Positions 50,506 through 62,676 of a stretch of 64,000 bases of DNA are shown here, piece by piece. Origin of the DNA: Macrostomum lignano. Lineage: Eukaryota. Under the pieces are notes generated by a model, which worked only from the letters and a program-made list of their open reading frames with translations, did no database searches and was not told where the DNA came from. A program made the translations under genes and the position numbers. The stretch covers positions 62,001 to 126,000 of the forward strand of contig NIVC01001645.1 of assembly GCA_002269645.1 (NCBI GenBank). Reading direction: 5' to 3'. The first letter of the stretch is position 1. Every line of letters starts with the position of its first letter.

Positions 50506-53500
50506 ATGTTTTTAACTCAACACCCGTCCAAGTTCGCAGCAGCATGGCTAGTCCTGGCCGCTGTTCTGTTCTCGGGTTCTCTGGTTGTTCTCGGACGAGG
50601 CGACAACGTCTGGCGGGACGAGTTGACGCTGCTGCAGGCTCGGGTTGCGGCCGCCTGCCTGACCAACTTCAGCTACGCCGAACTGGCTGAACAGGTGAGT
50701 CAATGCGAGATGTAGAGAGCTCTGTTATCATTAGGCTGGACTTTCTGCCGCAGGTCAGGGCAAAAGACGGCCGGGCAGCCAGCAGAGGCAAGCAGTCATG
50801 TCCGTTCCGCTGACCCCTCGGCACGCTGCAGGCAAACACTCGTAGGGTGTGTACAGCAGCCCTGACTTTCTCATCGTCCAGGCATGTACACTCTGTGCCT
50901 TGGGGGTTGGCCATCATGGGCGAGAATCGCATTGTACGAATCTTCAGGTTATCCTTTCCTTATCCTTTTTTTCTACAGGGTTTGAAATTTCCGTCAAGTT
51001 TCCTCCAAGATCTTCATCTTGGTTCTGCCCCTTTCAGATCTTTTCAGGCTGAGCATCGCTACTCTCTCAAATCTTCGAGGTAGTTAATTTTATGTGGAGA
51101 TTTTCTACTGGTTTACAAGTATTTTGCAAAAAATTCAGTTTCTTAGACAGTTTTGAGTTTTTTCTGAAGATTATAAATCATTCCTTTTCGTTAGTGTAGC
51201 AGTTATCAGAGAAATATACTTAATTCGACAAAACATGAACAACCAGTGTATATGATTCAGACATGCAGGTATCAAATGCAGCAATAGGGCTTTAGTCCGT
51301 TGTAAACCTTGAATTCAACCATTTGACATTTTCGATGCTGCACTGCTTGCAGGCTTTGCGCATTAATCGTGTTTTGACGCATGCAGCTTTGACCCTGGAG
51401 CATTTTATCTCTAAATTCTAATTAGCTAGCTAATCGTTGTCTGAGCATCGTAAATAACTTGACTTGTAAGTATCTTCTATTTCTGTGCTTGCACCAGGAC
51501 ATGATAATACGCGTTTAGGCTCGTGATCTTTGGGCGTAACCTATATGGTTAATTTATTTTTTGCTAGCGGAAGTCGTTAGGTCTGATTTGGGATGAAAAT
51601 GCGCTTGAATGAATATCCATCAGAAATGACTTCGTGCACGAGTAAGGCGGCAAAGAAGAGCAGGACGAAATTGTGAACACGGCAGAACAGTTTTTCATTG
51701 AGGACACAAAAAGAGCGGGAAAATTGTCTTTGACGACACAAGAAACAACTTGGGCACAAGAGATAACTGAACAGTGCATTCTGAAAAAGACACAAGAAAC
51801 AACTTGGGCACAAGAGATGACTGAACAGTGCATTCTGAAAAAGACACAAGAAACAACTTGGGCACAAGAGATGACTGAACAGTGCATTCTGAAAAAGACA
51901 CAAGAAACAACTTGGGCACAAGAAATGACTGAACAGTGCATTCTGAAAAAGACACAAGAAACAACTTGGGCACAAGAGATGACTGAACAGTGCATTCTGA
52001 AAAAGACACAAGAAACAACTTGGGCACAAGAGATGACTGAACAGTGCATTCTGAAAAAGACACAAGAAACAACTTGGGCACAAGAGATGACTGAACAGTG
52101 CATTCTGAAAAAGACACAAGAAACAACTTGGGCACAAGAGATGACTGAACAGTGCATTCTGAAAAAGACACAAGAAATAAGAACTGAAAAATGTTCTTGA
52201 AGGCACAAAAATAATGGGAATCTCTCATCCAGTACACGAGATTTTACATAGATTGAGTAACTGAAGGCTCAAGAACTAAAAGTCCGTTATTGAAGACAAA
52301 AATCATGGAAGCACAAGAGAACTCGGCAATGCAGTGTCCTGGAAGACACAAGAGAACTCGGCAATGCAGTGTCCTGGAAGACACAAGAGAACTCGGTAGT
52401 GCAGTGTCCTGGAAGACACAAGAAAACTAGGCAGTGCAGTGTCCTGGAAGACACAAGAGAACTCGGCAGTGCAGTGTCCTGGAAGACACAAGAAAACTAG
52501 GCAGTGCAGTGTCCTGGAAGACACAAGAAAACTAGGCAGTGCAGTGTCCTGGAAGACACAAGAAAACTAGGCAGTGCAGTGTCCTGGAAGACACAAGAAA
52601 ACTAGGCAGTGCAGTGTCCTGGAAGACTCAAGAAAACTAGGCAGTGCAGTGTCCTGGAAGACACAGGGGAACTCGGCAGTGCAGTGTCCTGGAAGACACA
52701 AGAAAACTAGGCAGTGCAGTGTCCTGGAAGACACAAGAAAACTAGGCAGTGCAGTGTCCTGGAAGACACAAGAAAACTAGGCAGTGCAGTGTCCTGGAAG
52801 ACACAAGAAAACTAGGCAGTGCAGTGTCCTGGAAGACTCGAGAAAACTAGGCAGTGCAGTGTCCTGGAAGACACAGGAGAACTCGGCAGTGCAGTGTCCT
52901 GGAAGACACAGGAGAACTCGGTAGTGCAGTGTCCTGGAAGACACAGGAGAACTCGGTAGTGCAGTGTTTTGGAAGACAAACGCAGGCTAGCAGACTGCAG
53001 TCTTTGAAGATCGCTAAAAGTTCTAGCAAAGGCACTGGTAGCTGTGTGCCAGCAGCAAGATCCCCTTGGTGCACGCAGCTTCCCTCATTAGCAACGATGC
53101 AAAAGACAGATATTTTTGCCGATGGCGCTACTACAACAATCTTAATAAACTATTAGCATAAACCTTGTCAATCACCCTTGGTGCAACAACTGCCACGCGA
53201 TGGAGTTCACTCGGACGCCATGCGAATTGAAGGCTGAACTTTCTTACGCGTGCGCGTGTTGCTTGATTTTCCTTGAGAGAATTTGTTATTGCAGTGCGTC
53301 ATGAAAGGTTGTTGAAGTTCCTATACTAAAAATCAAGACAAGGATAACTTCAGAATCTTATGTAGCCTGTTTCCAATATCCCACGGCCGTGTTTACACTG
53401 AACTGCAGCCTCAACCTCCTGTGCAGCAGATACAGATCGCCTACTTGCCCTGAAGCGAAGCACAAATGTCTAAACAAATCAGCCAGACTGTGAAAAGTAC

Positions 53501-56500
53501 CAATTTTGCAGCGAAGCCTTGCGTTAACACATGGCCGACTCCTAAAGGGTACCAACTGCCAGAACAGAGCGGCCTGCGTTCAATCAGTCTTCGTGGCAGC
53601 AAAAATTGATTTGTCAGCAAGCAAACAGAATGGAAGGATTCTGCATGGTGTCCCACCACTGCAGCTGGTCCCGATCGAAAGTATAGAAAGAGAAACTGCC
53701 TCTAGCTGGGCCTTGTTCAACAATGCCAAGATAAAAATCTCAAGTGGCTATTGATCTCCTAATGACACTTTGCACTTTAGCTTTGCGCCCGGCCAGAAAT
53801 TATTGGAGCTAGAACAGCTAGAACAGCACACACTAAGGGTTACGCTACTAACGCTGTCACGTGCGGTGTCCTGGTGGGTCCTGCAGTGATATCCTATACT
53901 GCCTACACGCAGATTGTGTCCTTGATGTGAGCTGTATCTGGGGCGCTATCAAAAAGTAACGCTCTTATTCTTTTTGAGTGTGGGATAGGTCTTGCCCGTT
54001 CCTGGTACCCCCCTCCCCGATCCACTCCTGACATCGATCCCATTATGAGCTCGATGTCTTTAAAAGCAATAATGGTTTACACCCTACTGAACTTAAATTG
54101 ATTTCTGATCTCAAAAATTTTCCAACTCGTCTTCCAGGGCGGAGTTCACAGCGAGTCTGACGTAGCCGGAGACCAACTGCTTCTTCGTTGCCGTCTCAAA
54201 GCTGATTGTGCCGCCGTAAGTGCGCAATGTTATGGTTTTATGTACGCTCTGCACTGTCAGTCGTTATATTTTCGACCTCGTTAAAAGACGTCTATCTACG
54301 AGTATATTACATTTTTTGGATATCAGAATCAATGATGCCAATTCGAGTAGACAACTGCATCAGGGACTCAGAGTTCTCAAGCTTGGTTTCAAAGACGTGT
54401 TCAAACATCACCTAAATAATGGACCTTTGTAGACCTGTCTGGGCTTTAACTGAAGAGAGAACCTTTACAGATTGCTGAATGATTATAAAAAGGTACGATG
54501 CGATTTTCTTAAAAGTAAAGAATCCTAGCCTTAGAAAGTCGTCACAATTCTCTGGAAAAATCAGGAATATCTGTTTCCAGGCCAAGTCTCCAGAGGTCCA
54601 AGGCTTAAGTAAAGTGCCAGTCACTCTGCACTAAAATTATTTGAAAAAAACTCTTTATTATGCAAGGACTACAGGTATAAAAAAGGACTTTCCACCTTCA
54701 AATCTACAGTGGTTTTTCGGAAGTCCAATAATCTTGCTAGGGGTAGGGTGTAAACCATGGTACACCTTGGTTTGACCATGGGGTTTTACGGTAGAAAATT
54801 CAGAAGTTTAAAATCCATTAAAAATAATACAGCGGAGGCATGAGAAATCTGCAATTTTTAGGGTTCATAACACCAAAAGCTACACAAGACCTTGATTTCA
54901 AAGTGAATGCTTGAACCTTTGTTGATTAGAAATTTAGGCCCAGTGAAAGCGCCCAGCAAATCAGACAACATTGGATCCAACCAACGCTGGATGAGTCAGT
55001 GAGTAGCAGCTTGAGCTTGAGCCGAATTTAAGCCAAAAGCAGTCAAGTTTTCTTTCTAATTTATTCCGCCGCAGAAGAAACTGCCCGATCTTTTACCAAT
55101 TTTTCCAATCGCTTCTAGGAGGGGTGACTCACACCCAGGAAAAAGATTGAGCCGTCTGTGGAATCTCCACCCCCCATCGATGAATCCCTTCTTCCCCCCA
55201 CCCCCGCATCGGCTGTCTCCCAGGATGATGAGTAAAGTTACGCTGCGTAAAACAACACAACGGCACAACACGATGAAGCATTAGAGGAGTCTGGACTGGC
55301 TATAAGCATCATAGTTTTGTTAGCATTATAAGCTGCGGGGGAATGAGGAGGGTCAAATGACTCACGCAGTTCCCCACGGAAGTCTGCGACGCGACCCTCG
55401 TGTACGCTGTTTATATGTCTTACACGACAGAGCAGATTGCGTCATTCTCAATTGCTTTTTCCTCCCCGAATCTTTCCTCCGCCCACCAATTGCTCTTGAG
55501 CAGTGCTGGAACGCTTCGCTCTGGGATCCGCGGAAAACTCAGGAGGCTGACTGCGAGAAACTGTGCTCGGTGAGTGCTTAGGCTTTATTTTTCGAAATTC
55601 TGTATTTATTAATTTTCTGTTTTTACGTTTCAACTAGAGGGATCTGTCAGGAGTTTTATGTTACTAAATTTTGTGCCACTCAGATTGTCATGGAGACAGC
55701 CTGTAAGAATGTTAAGCGATTGCAAATCTTGTATGAGTATAAGCGAGTTGAAGTGACCCGACATCATACGTGTAAAATTGACATGTCTATTGCTTAGATG
55801 GCGTCTGTAGCCTAGTGGTTAGAGCAGAGGTCGGAGAACTCCGACCCGCAAAGCCTCTCTATCCGGCCCTCGGGTCCCTTGAAACTTCACAAAAGCAATC
55901 CGGCCCGCTCAGGGTCTCTTCTCAGCTCTCTTATACCTTCTCTCGATCCTCTCTCCACTTGTTTCCCTCCTCTCTCCCCTTTTCTTTCGTTTCTCTTCGC
56001 TCCTCTCTCATCTCATCTTCTTTCTTATATCTTCTCTTCTTTCCTCTCTCATCTCTCCTCTCATCTCTCTCGCCTTTCCCTCTCTTCTCTCATCTCTCGT
56101 TTCATCTTTCATCTTCTTTCTCTTCTCTACTTCCTCTCCCCTCCTCTCATCTGGCTCGCAGCCATTAGCAAGGTTCTTTACCTGGACCTTGAGGAAAACA
56201 AGTTTGCCGACCTCTGGGTCAGAGCGTCGGACTCACGACGGAAAGGTCGGAAGTTCGATTCTTGACCCACTCGGAACAATTTGTCTCCTTGAGCAAGACA
56301 ACTCTGCATTGCTTCAGTTCACCCAGCTGTAAAATGGGTGCCAGCATTAGCTGGGGTAATTGAGGGTGTGTGGCGACCCCCCCCCCCCAATCCTTGGACT
56401 GAACAGCCGTACGCAGCCTTTAGATAGGTGCACATCTGTCCATCAGGGCAGGTGTAATAAAAATGCTTGAAAATACACGACCTACGAACTATAGTTGGAT

Positions 56501-59500
56501 CTCAACGCAACGACGCTTGTAATAAATTGCAGCAAAATTACCGAGTGTTGAAATGCAACTGCAGGCGCAAAAAAACTTTTTCCAACTTAAGCCACGAGTA
56601 AATCGAGAGAGACAGATTACAGATACGTTTGGGTCCTATAGAGCCTGAGAAAATTCGGAATAGCGAATGATGCAGCGAGTCGCTTTGCTAAGGACGTTTT
56701 TTCCACTTACAGTAGCAGCAGTCGCATATCTACATGCAAAATCTCTACACGTAACAAAAAATCGCCACACCGAAGAACTCGACTGGCTGCCTCGGTTCCT
56801 GCTGCCAACTGTCGGCACTGTTCCACCAGCCGCAGCCCCCGGAGGTCAGAACTCTGCCGCCAGTGCCGCTCGTATCGGTGCGCAACGGCCAGCTGCACTT
56901 TGACGGTGTTGACTGGACGAAGCGACGAGGAACAGCGGTGCAGCTGGTGCTGGCCGTGCAGGCTCGGTTTGATTCTGTCGACTCTGGTGGGCAGACCGGC
57001 AGCAGCGGCTGGCGCAACCTCAGCCTGCTGGCCGGCGGTCCCGGACCCGTCCGGCTGGAGGAGCCCCGGCCGGGCCATCGCTACCAGTTCCGGGCGGCCG
57101 CGGTGTCTCCCGATGGCAGTCGGGGCTTTGGAAAACCGTCGGAGCCGCTGACGTTGCTGCCATTGCAGTCGACAAGGCCGCCAGCTGTCCGGCTGAGCGG
57201 CGGCCCAGCCAGCTTCGATGAGTCGACGGCGGCCGGCTGGGCCAGCGTGGCCGTCTGGTGGTCGCTGATCAATGGCAGTGTTGGCGACACGGAGTACGGC
57301 TTTCAGGTAGGCTGCTTACAGGTAGGTTGCTTACAGGTAGATTGCTTACAGGTAGGTTGCTTACAGGTAGGTTGCTTACAGGTAGGTTGCTTACAGGTAG
57401 GTTGCTTACAGGTAGGTTGCTTACAGGTAGGTTGCTTACAGGTAGGTTGCTTACAGGTAGGTTGCTTACAGGTACATGTAGGTTGCTTACAGGTACATGT
57501 AGGTTGCTTACAGGTAGGTTGCTTACAGGTAGGTTGTTTACAGGTAGGTTGCTTACAGGTAGGTTGCTTACAGGTAGGTTGCTTACAGGTAGGTTGCTTA
57601 CAGGTAGGTTGCTTACAGGTAGGTTGCTTACAGGTAGGTTGCTTACAGGTAGGTTGCTTACAGGTAGGTTGCTTACAGGTAGGTTGCTTACAGGTAGGTT
57701 GCTTACAGGTAGGTTGCTTACAGGTAGGTTGCTTACAGGTAGGTTGCTTACAGGTAGGTTGCTTACAGGTAGGTTGCTTACAGGTAGGTTGCTTACAGGT
57801 AGGTTGCTTACAGGTAGGTTGCTTACAGGTAGGTTGCTTACAGGTTGGTTGTTTACAGGTAGCGCCTTATCGAACTCGTTGCCTATAGCTATAAACAGAT
57901 TTTGCAGATTTGCCTTTTACATGGTGTAAAAAAATTGGAGTTTACCATAGTTTAAAAAGTCTTAGTTAAGAATAAAGGAATCAACTGAAGTGATGGGAAC
58001 AACCGAAATTTCTTGCTTGATTTGAATTTGGATACATACTTGTAACAAACGATGTCTCTCAGATTAAACAGAAGTGTTTTACAGGTTATTCGCAATTTAT
58101 TTCAACCTTTTCACCCGCTGCTGGCAGGTTAGCTGGGCCAAAGCCGCAGCTGGTGTGGATGAGCCGTCTACTGCTAATTCAGCTGTGAAGATATCGCAGT
58201 CACTGCCTGGAGTGAGTTATGGAGTTGATACTTAGGTAACTATGGTAATTACGATACTTACCCTGCATTGCCATTTTCTTTCAACTTTTTCAGACGGCAA
58301 GAAGTTACCAGATCGAACAACTTGAGCCCGATTCACTGTATCACATTGAGGTGCGTGTATTGAGCACAGGTCTATTGAGCACTGTTTCACACAGCTACTA
58401 ACAGTAGGAATAAAGGGTACTTCAATATTATGATCTAAAACATTGAAAATTCGCCATCCTTTGCGCCGATAAGCGACTGGCCTTTTAGCTCGTACGAGAA
58501 GTTTGTTATAATAAACAAAATTTTTTTAGAATTTCCTGTCAAGTCTATGACTATTCAAGCTTCGTGTAGCTTGTTGATCTTGTACTGTCAATTTTGATAA
58601 TTTCTTAAAGAAAATCATGTTTAAAGCAGAACAGCATCAGCCCTGAGAGCCAGCTATCTAATCTAAGATATCAGCCTCCCCTGTGAACTTTTTGGCCTAC
58701 CAACAACTCCCAATTGATCCTTGGCATCTGAGCCTGACGCTTGATGCCTTACGCAGGGACTACTTAAACTAGTTTAAGTAAATGGCCTTAAGTGGCCTTA
58801 CGATTAGAAAGTCAGGGCCGCTGTACACCCTGCCTGAGTACAGTATTGGCGCGTATGTTATGTGCTCAGGAGACTGCAGAATGTCGCCGAAGGTGTTGCG
58901 CCAGTGTGCCCGCAGCCCCCCTGCAATTATTGATTATTTCTGACACGCCCAGGTTCGCTCCCTGACCGCCAGCGGCATCTCAGGCCCGCCCAGCCGCATC
59001 AGCGTCAGCACCGCCAGACAGCCACCGCCCGCCACCTCTTGGCTTCAAGACCGGGCAGGTGGGAGCTCCTCCAAGAGTAGTGACAACGGCGGCTGTCCAC
59101 CTGACGATGACAAGTCGTATCAAACCTACACGCCGAGGACCAGCTTCGCGGACAATGCTGACGGCGTTGTAGCCACGGTAGGCCTGCTGACCGCCGGTTC
59201 CGGTCAGCCGATATTTCTGTTAGAGTGGCGGCGACGCGTCTGCATCGGGGCGCGCGGCGTTGGCGCCAGCGCGGCTTTGTCTGGCGCCATTCTTACGACT
59301 GCCCAAGAGGTGACTGCCAAAAGATTGGCTTTCTTATCTTTGTCACGCATGTAGAATTCGAAACTAAATTGCTCCAAATTTTCGAAAATTTCAAATGCAA
59401 ACAAATACTATTAGCTAATACCACACACCACAAACCACAAATACTAAAAAGCGGTTTTACTGCTGGTGTATCTCGCTTGGCTTGTGTCTGGAAAGTTCAT

Positions 59501-59852
59501 ATTAAAACATTAGCAGTATTTGCTAAATAAGTTGGAACCGCACGAACCTCGCTTTCAGCTGCGCAACTCGACAGTGCGCCTGGGCGGCCTGGAGTTCAAC
59601 TGCCACTACTGGGCTCGCCTAACGGCACTGCCCCACCGGCATCGGAAGTCTGTGCCATCGTCGATGCCTGCGCTGCCAAGGCCGAGGAAAACTGCTGCCG
59701 TCGAGTGGTGCTTTGTCACCCCGGCTGACTGCCGTGGCCGGCCTGGCTGCGGACCAGAAAGTGAGGAATCTGGTGAGAATTATTAATTAGTTAGTTAGTT
59801 AGTCAGTTAATTAGTTAGTTAGTTAGTTAGTTAGTTAATTAGTTAGTTAGTC

Positions 59853-59909
<57 letters not shown>

Positions 59910-59968
59910 ATTAGTTAGTTAGTCAGTTAGTCAGTTAGTTAGTTAATTAGTTAGTTAGTTAGTTAGTC

Positions 59969-60021
<53 letters not shown>

Positions 60022-60188
60022 ATTAGTTAGTTAGTCAGTTAGTCAGTTAGTTAGTTAGTCAGTTAGTCAGTTAGTTAGTTAGTTAGTTAATTAGTTAGTT
60101 AGTCAGTTAGTCAGTTAGTTAGTTAGTTAGTTAGTCAGTTAGTTAATTAGTTAGTTAGTCAGTTAGTCAGTTAGTCAGTTAGTTAGTC

Positions 60189-60231
<43 letters not shown>

Positions 60232-60232
60232 C

Positions 60233-60287
<55 letters not shown>

Positions 60288-60288
60288 C

Positions 60289-60367
<79 letters not shown>

Positions 60368-60368
60368 C

Positions 60369-60414
<46 letters not shown>

Positions 60415-62676
60415 ATATTTTATATATTATATTTTAGAAAATGCTTTGCTTAGAAACTTAATCAATCACAGCGTGTATGTAGCGAACAAATTGCTTTCGA
60501 AAAAAATGCAAAAATATCAGTTTCACTGCTTCATTGATTTTGCCAAAGCTTCAGTTGAAGGCTGGGTTGAAGCAGAGCCTTCAGATTCTTAGAAGGAACG
60601 ATTCGCATTGGCATTAAGCATATTAAGCATATTCTGTAGTACATGTAAACTAAAGTGAATGCACATTTCGTTGACATATACAGTGATGCACAGAGGTTGC
60701 ACAGTGACCCTGACTTTCACAGCGCCCGACATTTTACAGGCGTAATACCGCTGAGCTGATCAGCCCTTGTGGTATCCATCTTTCTCTTAATTTGAAAAGC
60801 CTAAATGCAGCTGTTTATGCTTGTATACGAGTATAATAGTCTTTACTGTAATTTTTTGTCTCCTCAGTGCTCACTATAGCTAAGAACTTTCCCACCTGAC
60901 CAGGTCCACCGACGGCACCAACTGGACTTGACGTGCAGCCCCTAGCTGGCTCCGTTCAAAACCAACCCGGCTGCCTTGTTACCTGGCGACAGCCTCATTC
61001 CGGATGGCGGGCTCCATCCGCTTATCGAATCGTCTGGAGTCCCAGGCTGGACGACTCGGTAATTCCGGATGTCTCCGGCGCCTCGCCGCTGCAGCCGCGC
61101 ATCGATCCGGAGCGGGCGAGAACAAGAGTGGTTGACAAGGTAAACTACCTTTCGGAAACTACGTTACATTACATTTATTCCTTGAGGGTTCTCTCACAGC
61201 TTGGGCAGAGTTCGAACACAATTCAACATAAATTCATATTTTTCAGACAGTCACACGCCTGACAATACGGCCGCTCAACAGGGCGACTCTTTATATTGTG
61301 AAGGTCCGCAGCCTCGCATTCCAAGCCAACGGCAATGTGCTCGCTAGCAACGATGTCACGCAGCTCTGCGCTACCGACGGCTTTCTCAGCCTGAAAAGTT
61401 CGGGCAGCGCTGCGGCGGCCATCCAGCACAGGACGGCATTTAACGGTGAGCCAACAGTTCACAGCGATGCTTCAGCCAGCGTCAGCCACTAGCTCACAGC
61501 AGACTGTCAGACATCATCTCACAGCAAACTGTCAGACACTAGCTCACAGCAGACTGTCAGCTACTAGCTCACAGCAAACTGTCAGACACTAGCTCACAGC
61601 AGACTGTCAGACATCATCTCACAGCAAACTGTCAGACACTAGCTCACAGCAGACTGTCAGACATCATCTCACAGCAAACTGTCAGACACTAGCTCACAGC
61701 AGACTGTCAGCTACTAGCTCACAGCAAACTGTCAGACACTAGCTCACAGCAGACTGTCAGACATCATCTCACAGCAAACTGTCAGACACTAGCTCACAGC
61801 AGACTGTCAGCTACTAGCTTACAGCAAACTGTCAGACACTAGCTCACAGCAGACTGTCAGCTACTAGCTCACAGCAAACTGTCAGACACTAGCTCACAGC
61901 AGACTGTCAGCTACTAGCTTACAGCAAACTGTCAGACACTAGCTCACAGCAGACTGTCAGACATAATCTCACAGCAAACTGTCAGCCACTAGCTCACAGC
62001 AGACTGTCAGCCACTAGCTCACAGCAGACTGTCAGACACTAGCTCACAGCAAACTGTCAGACACTAGCTCACAGCAAACTGTCAGACACTAGCTCACAGC
62101 AAACTATCAGCCACTAGCTCACAGCAAACTGTCAGACACTAGATCACAGCAAACTGTCAGACACTAGCTCACAGCAAACTGTCAGCCACTAGCTCACAGC
62201 AAACTATCAGACACTAGATCACAGCAAACTGTCAGACACTAGCTCACAGCAAACTATCAGCCACTAGCTCACAGCAAACTGTCAGACACTAGATCACAGC
62301 AAACTGTCAGCTACTAGCTTACAGCAAACTGTCAGACACTAGCTCACAGCAGACTGTCAGCTACTAGCTCACAGCAAACTGTCAGACACTAGCTCACAGC
62401 AGACTGTCAGCTACTAGCTTACAGCAAACTGTCAGACACTAGCTCACAGCAGACTGTCAGACACTAGCTCACAGAAAACTGTCAGACACCATCTCACAGC
62501 AGACTGTCAGACACCATGCTACTCAGAATAATTCCGAAAAATCCAAAATTTCAGGCGACTACTCACAGTTCTTGGCAGCGGGCCAGAGTCCAGTACTAAA
62601 TATCGGATCCGACTTAATAAAACAATTATGTATGTTGTTTCTTTGCGCCACAACTTTGCTAGTATTGTTGCGTTAG
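50506..62676 (+). CDS. anos1: Anosmin-1 (KAL1)-like protein, 710 aa: signal peptide, Cys-box, four FN3 domains, hydrophobic C-terminus; exons 50506-50694, 54138-54215, 55504-55569, 56776-57306, 58128-58211, 58294-58350, 58953-59309, 59559-59772, 60904-61139, 61247-61445, 62555-62676
   Basis: LLQARVAAACL resembles KAL1 VQRARCASRCL; RCRLKADCAA|C resembles WCQNHKQCSKC; GCLGSCCQL resembles ECLTSCEFL; PRPGHRYQFRAAAVSPDGSRGFGKPS resembles [33 protein letters not shown] and CFVTPADC resemble LSFSCKY and FFTTPPC. Eleven GT-AG exons join into an open 2133-nt frame. Confidence 0.85.
51733..52190. repeat. 54-bp minisatellite (about 8.5 copies) in anosmin-like intron 1
   Basis: ACACAAGAAACAACTTGGGC recurs at 51736, 51790 and so on. 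Confidence 0.93.
52305..52980. repeat. 35-bp minisatellite (CAGTGCAGTGTCCTGGAAGACACAAGAAAACTAGG)n
   Basis: Direct reading. Confidence 0.93.
55800..56463 (+). mobile_element. tRNA-derived CORE-type SINE interrupted by a hAT MITE
   Basis: A-box TAGCCTAGTGGTTAGAGC; B-box AGTTCGATTC at about 56252. Body GTCTCCTTGAGCAAGACA..CATTGCTTCAGTTCACCCAGCTGTAAAATGGGT resembles the MIR/CORE domain. The 3' boundary is approximate. Confidence 0.75.
55825..56216 (-). mobile_element. hAT (Charlie/Buster-type) MITE, 392 bp, CT-rich interior
   Basis: TIRs CAGAGGTCGGAGAACT / AGTTTGCCGACCTCTG (14/16 match); 8-bp TSD GGTTAGAG / GGTCAGAG. Confidence 0.85.
57303..57862. repeat. 15-bp minisatellite (CAGGTAGGTTGCTTA)n starting at a 5' splice site
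   Basis: About 37 units; the first unit overlaps the donor at 57307. Confidence 0.96.
59787..60415. repeat. (TTAG)n microsatellite, about 630 bp
   Basis: Direct reading. Confidence 0.97.
61485..62515. repeat. 26-bp minisatellite (CACTAGCTCACAGCAGACTGTCAGAC)n filling the last anosmin-like intron
   Basis: Direct reading. Confidence 0.95.

Noticed and set aside
50752-50932. Exon candidate after anosmin exon 1, and a Cys-containing minus-strand ORF
   Set aside because: In-frame TGA on +; the minus ORF has no motif or splice partners.
53000-54620. Short ORFs that might be retroelement remnants
   Set aside because: No RT, integrase or transposase motifs could be identified by eye.
55800-56270. 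tRNA gene
   Set aside because: Only A/B boxes are present, interrupted by a MITE and followed by a CORE-like body; no complete cloverleaf.
57307-57888. (VGCLQ)n as a metallothionein-like coding domain
   Set aside because: A canonical donor at 57307 and in-frame continuation at 58128 complete FN3 domain 2; treated as intron, with decoy use listed as a finding.
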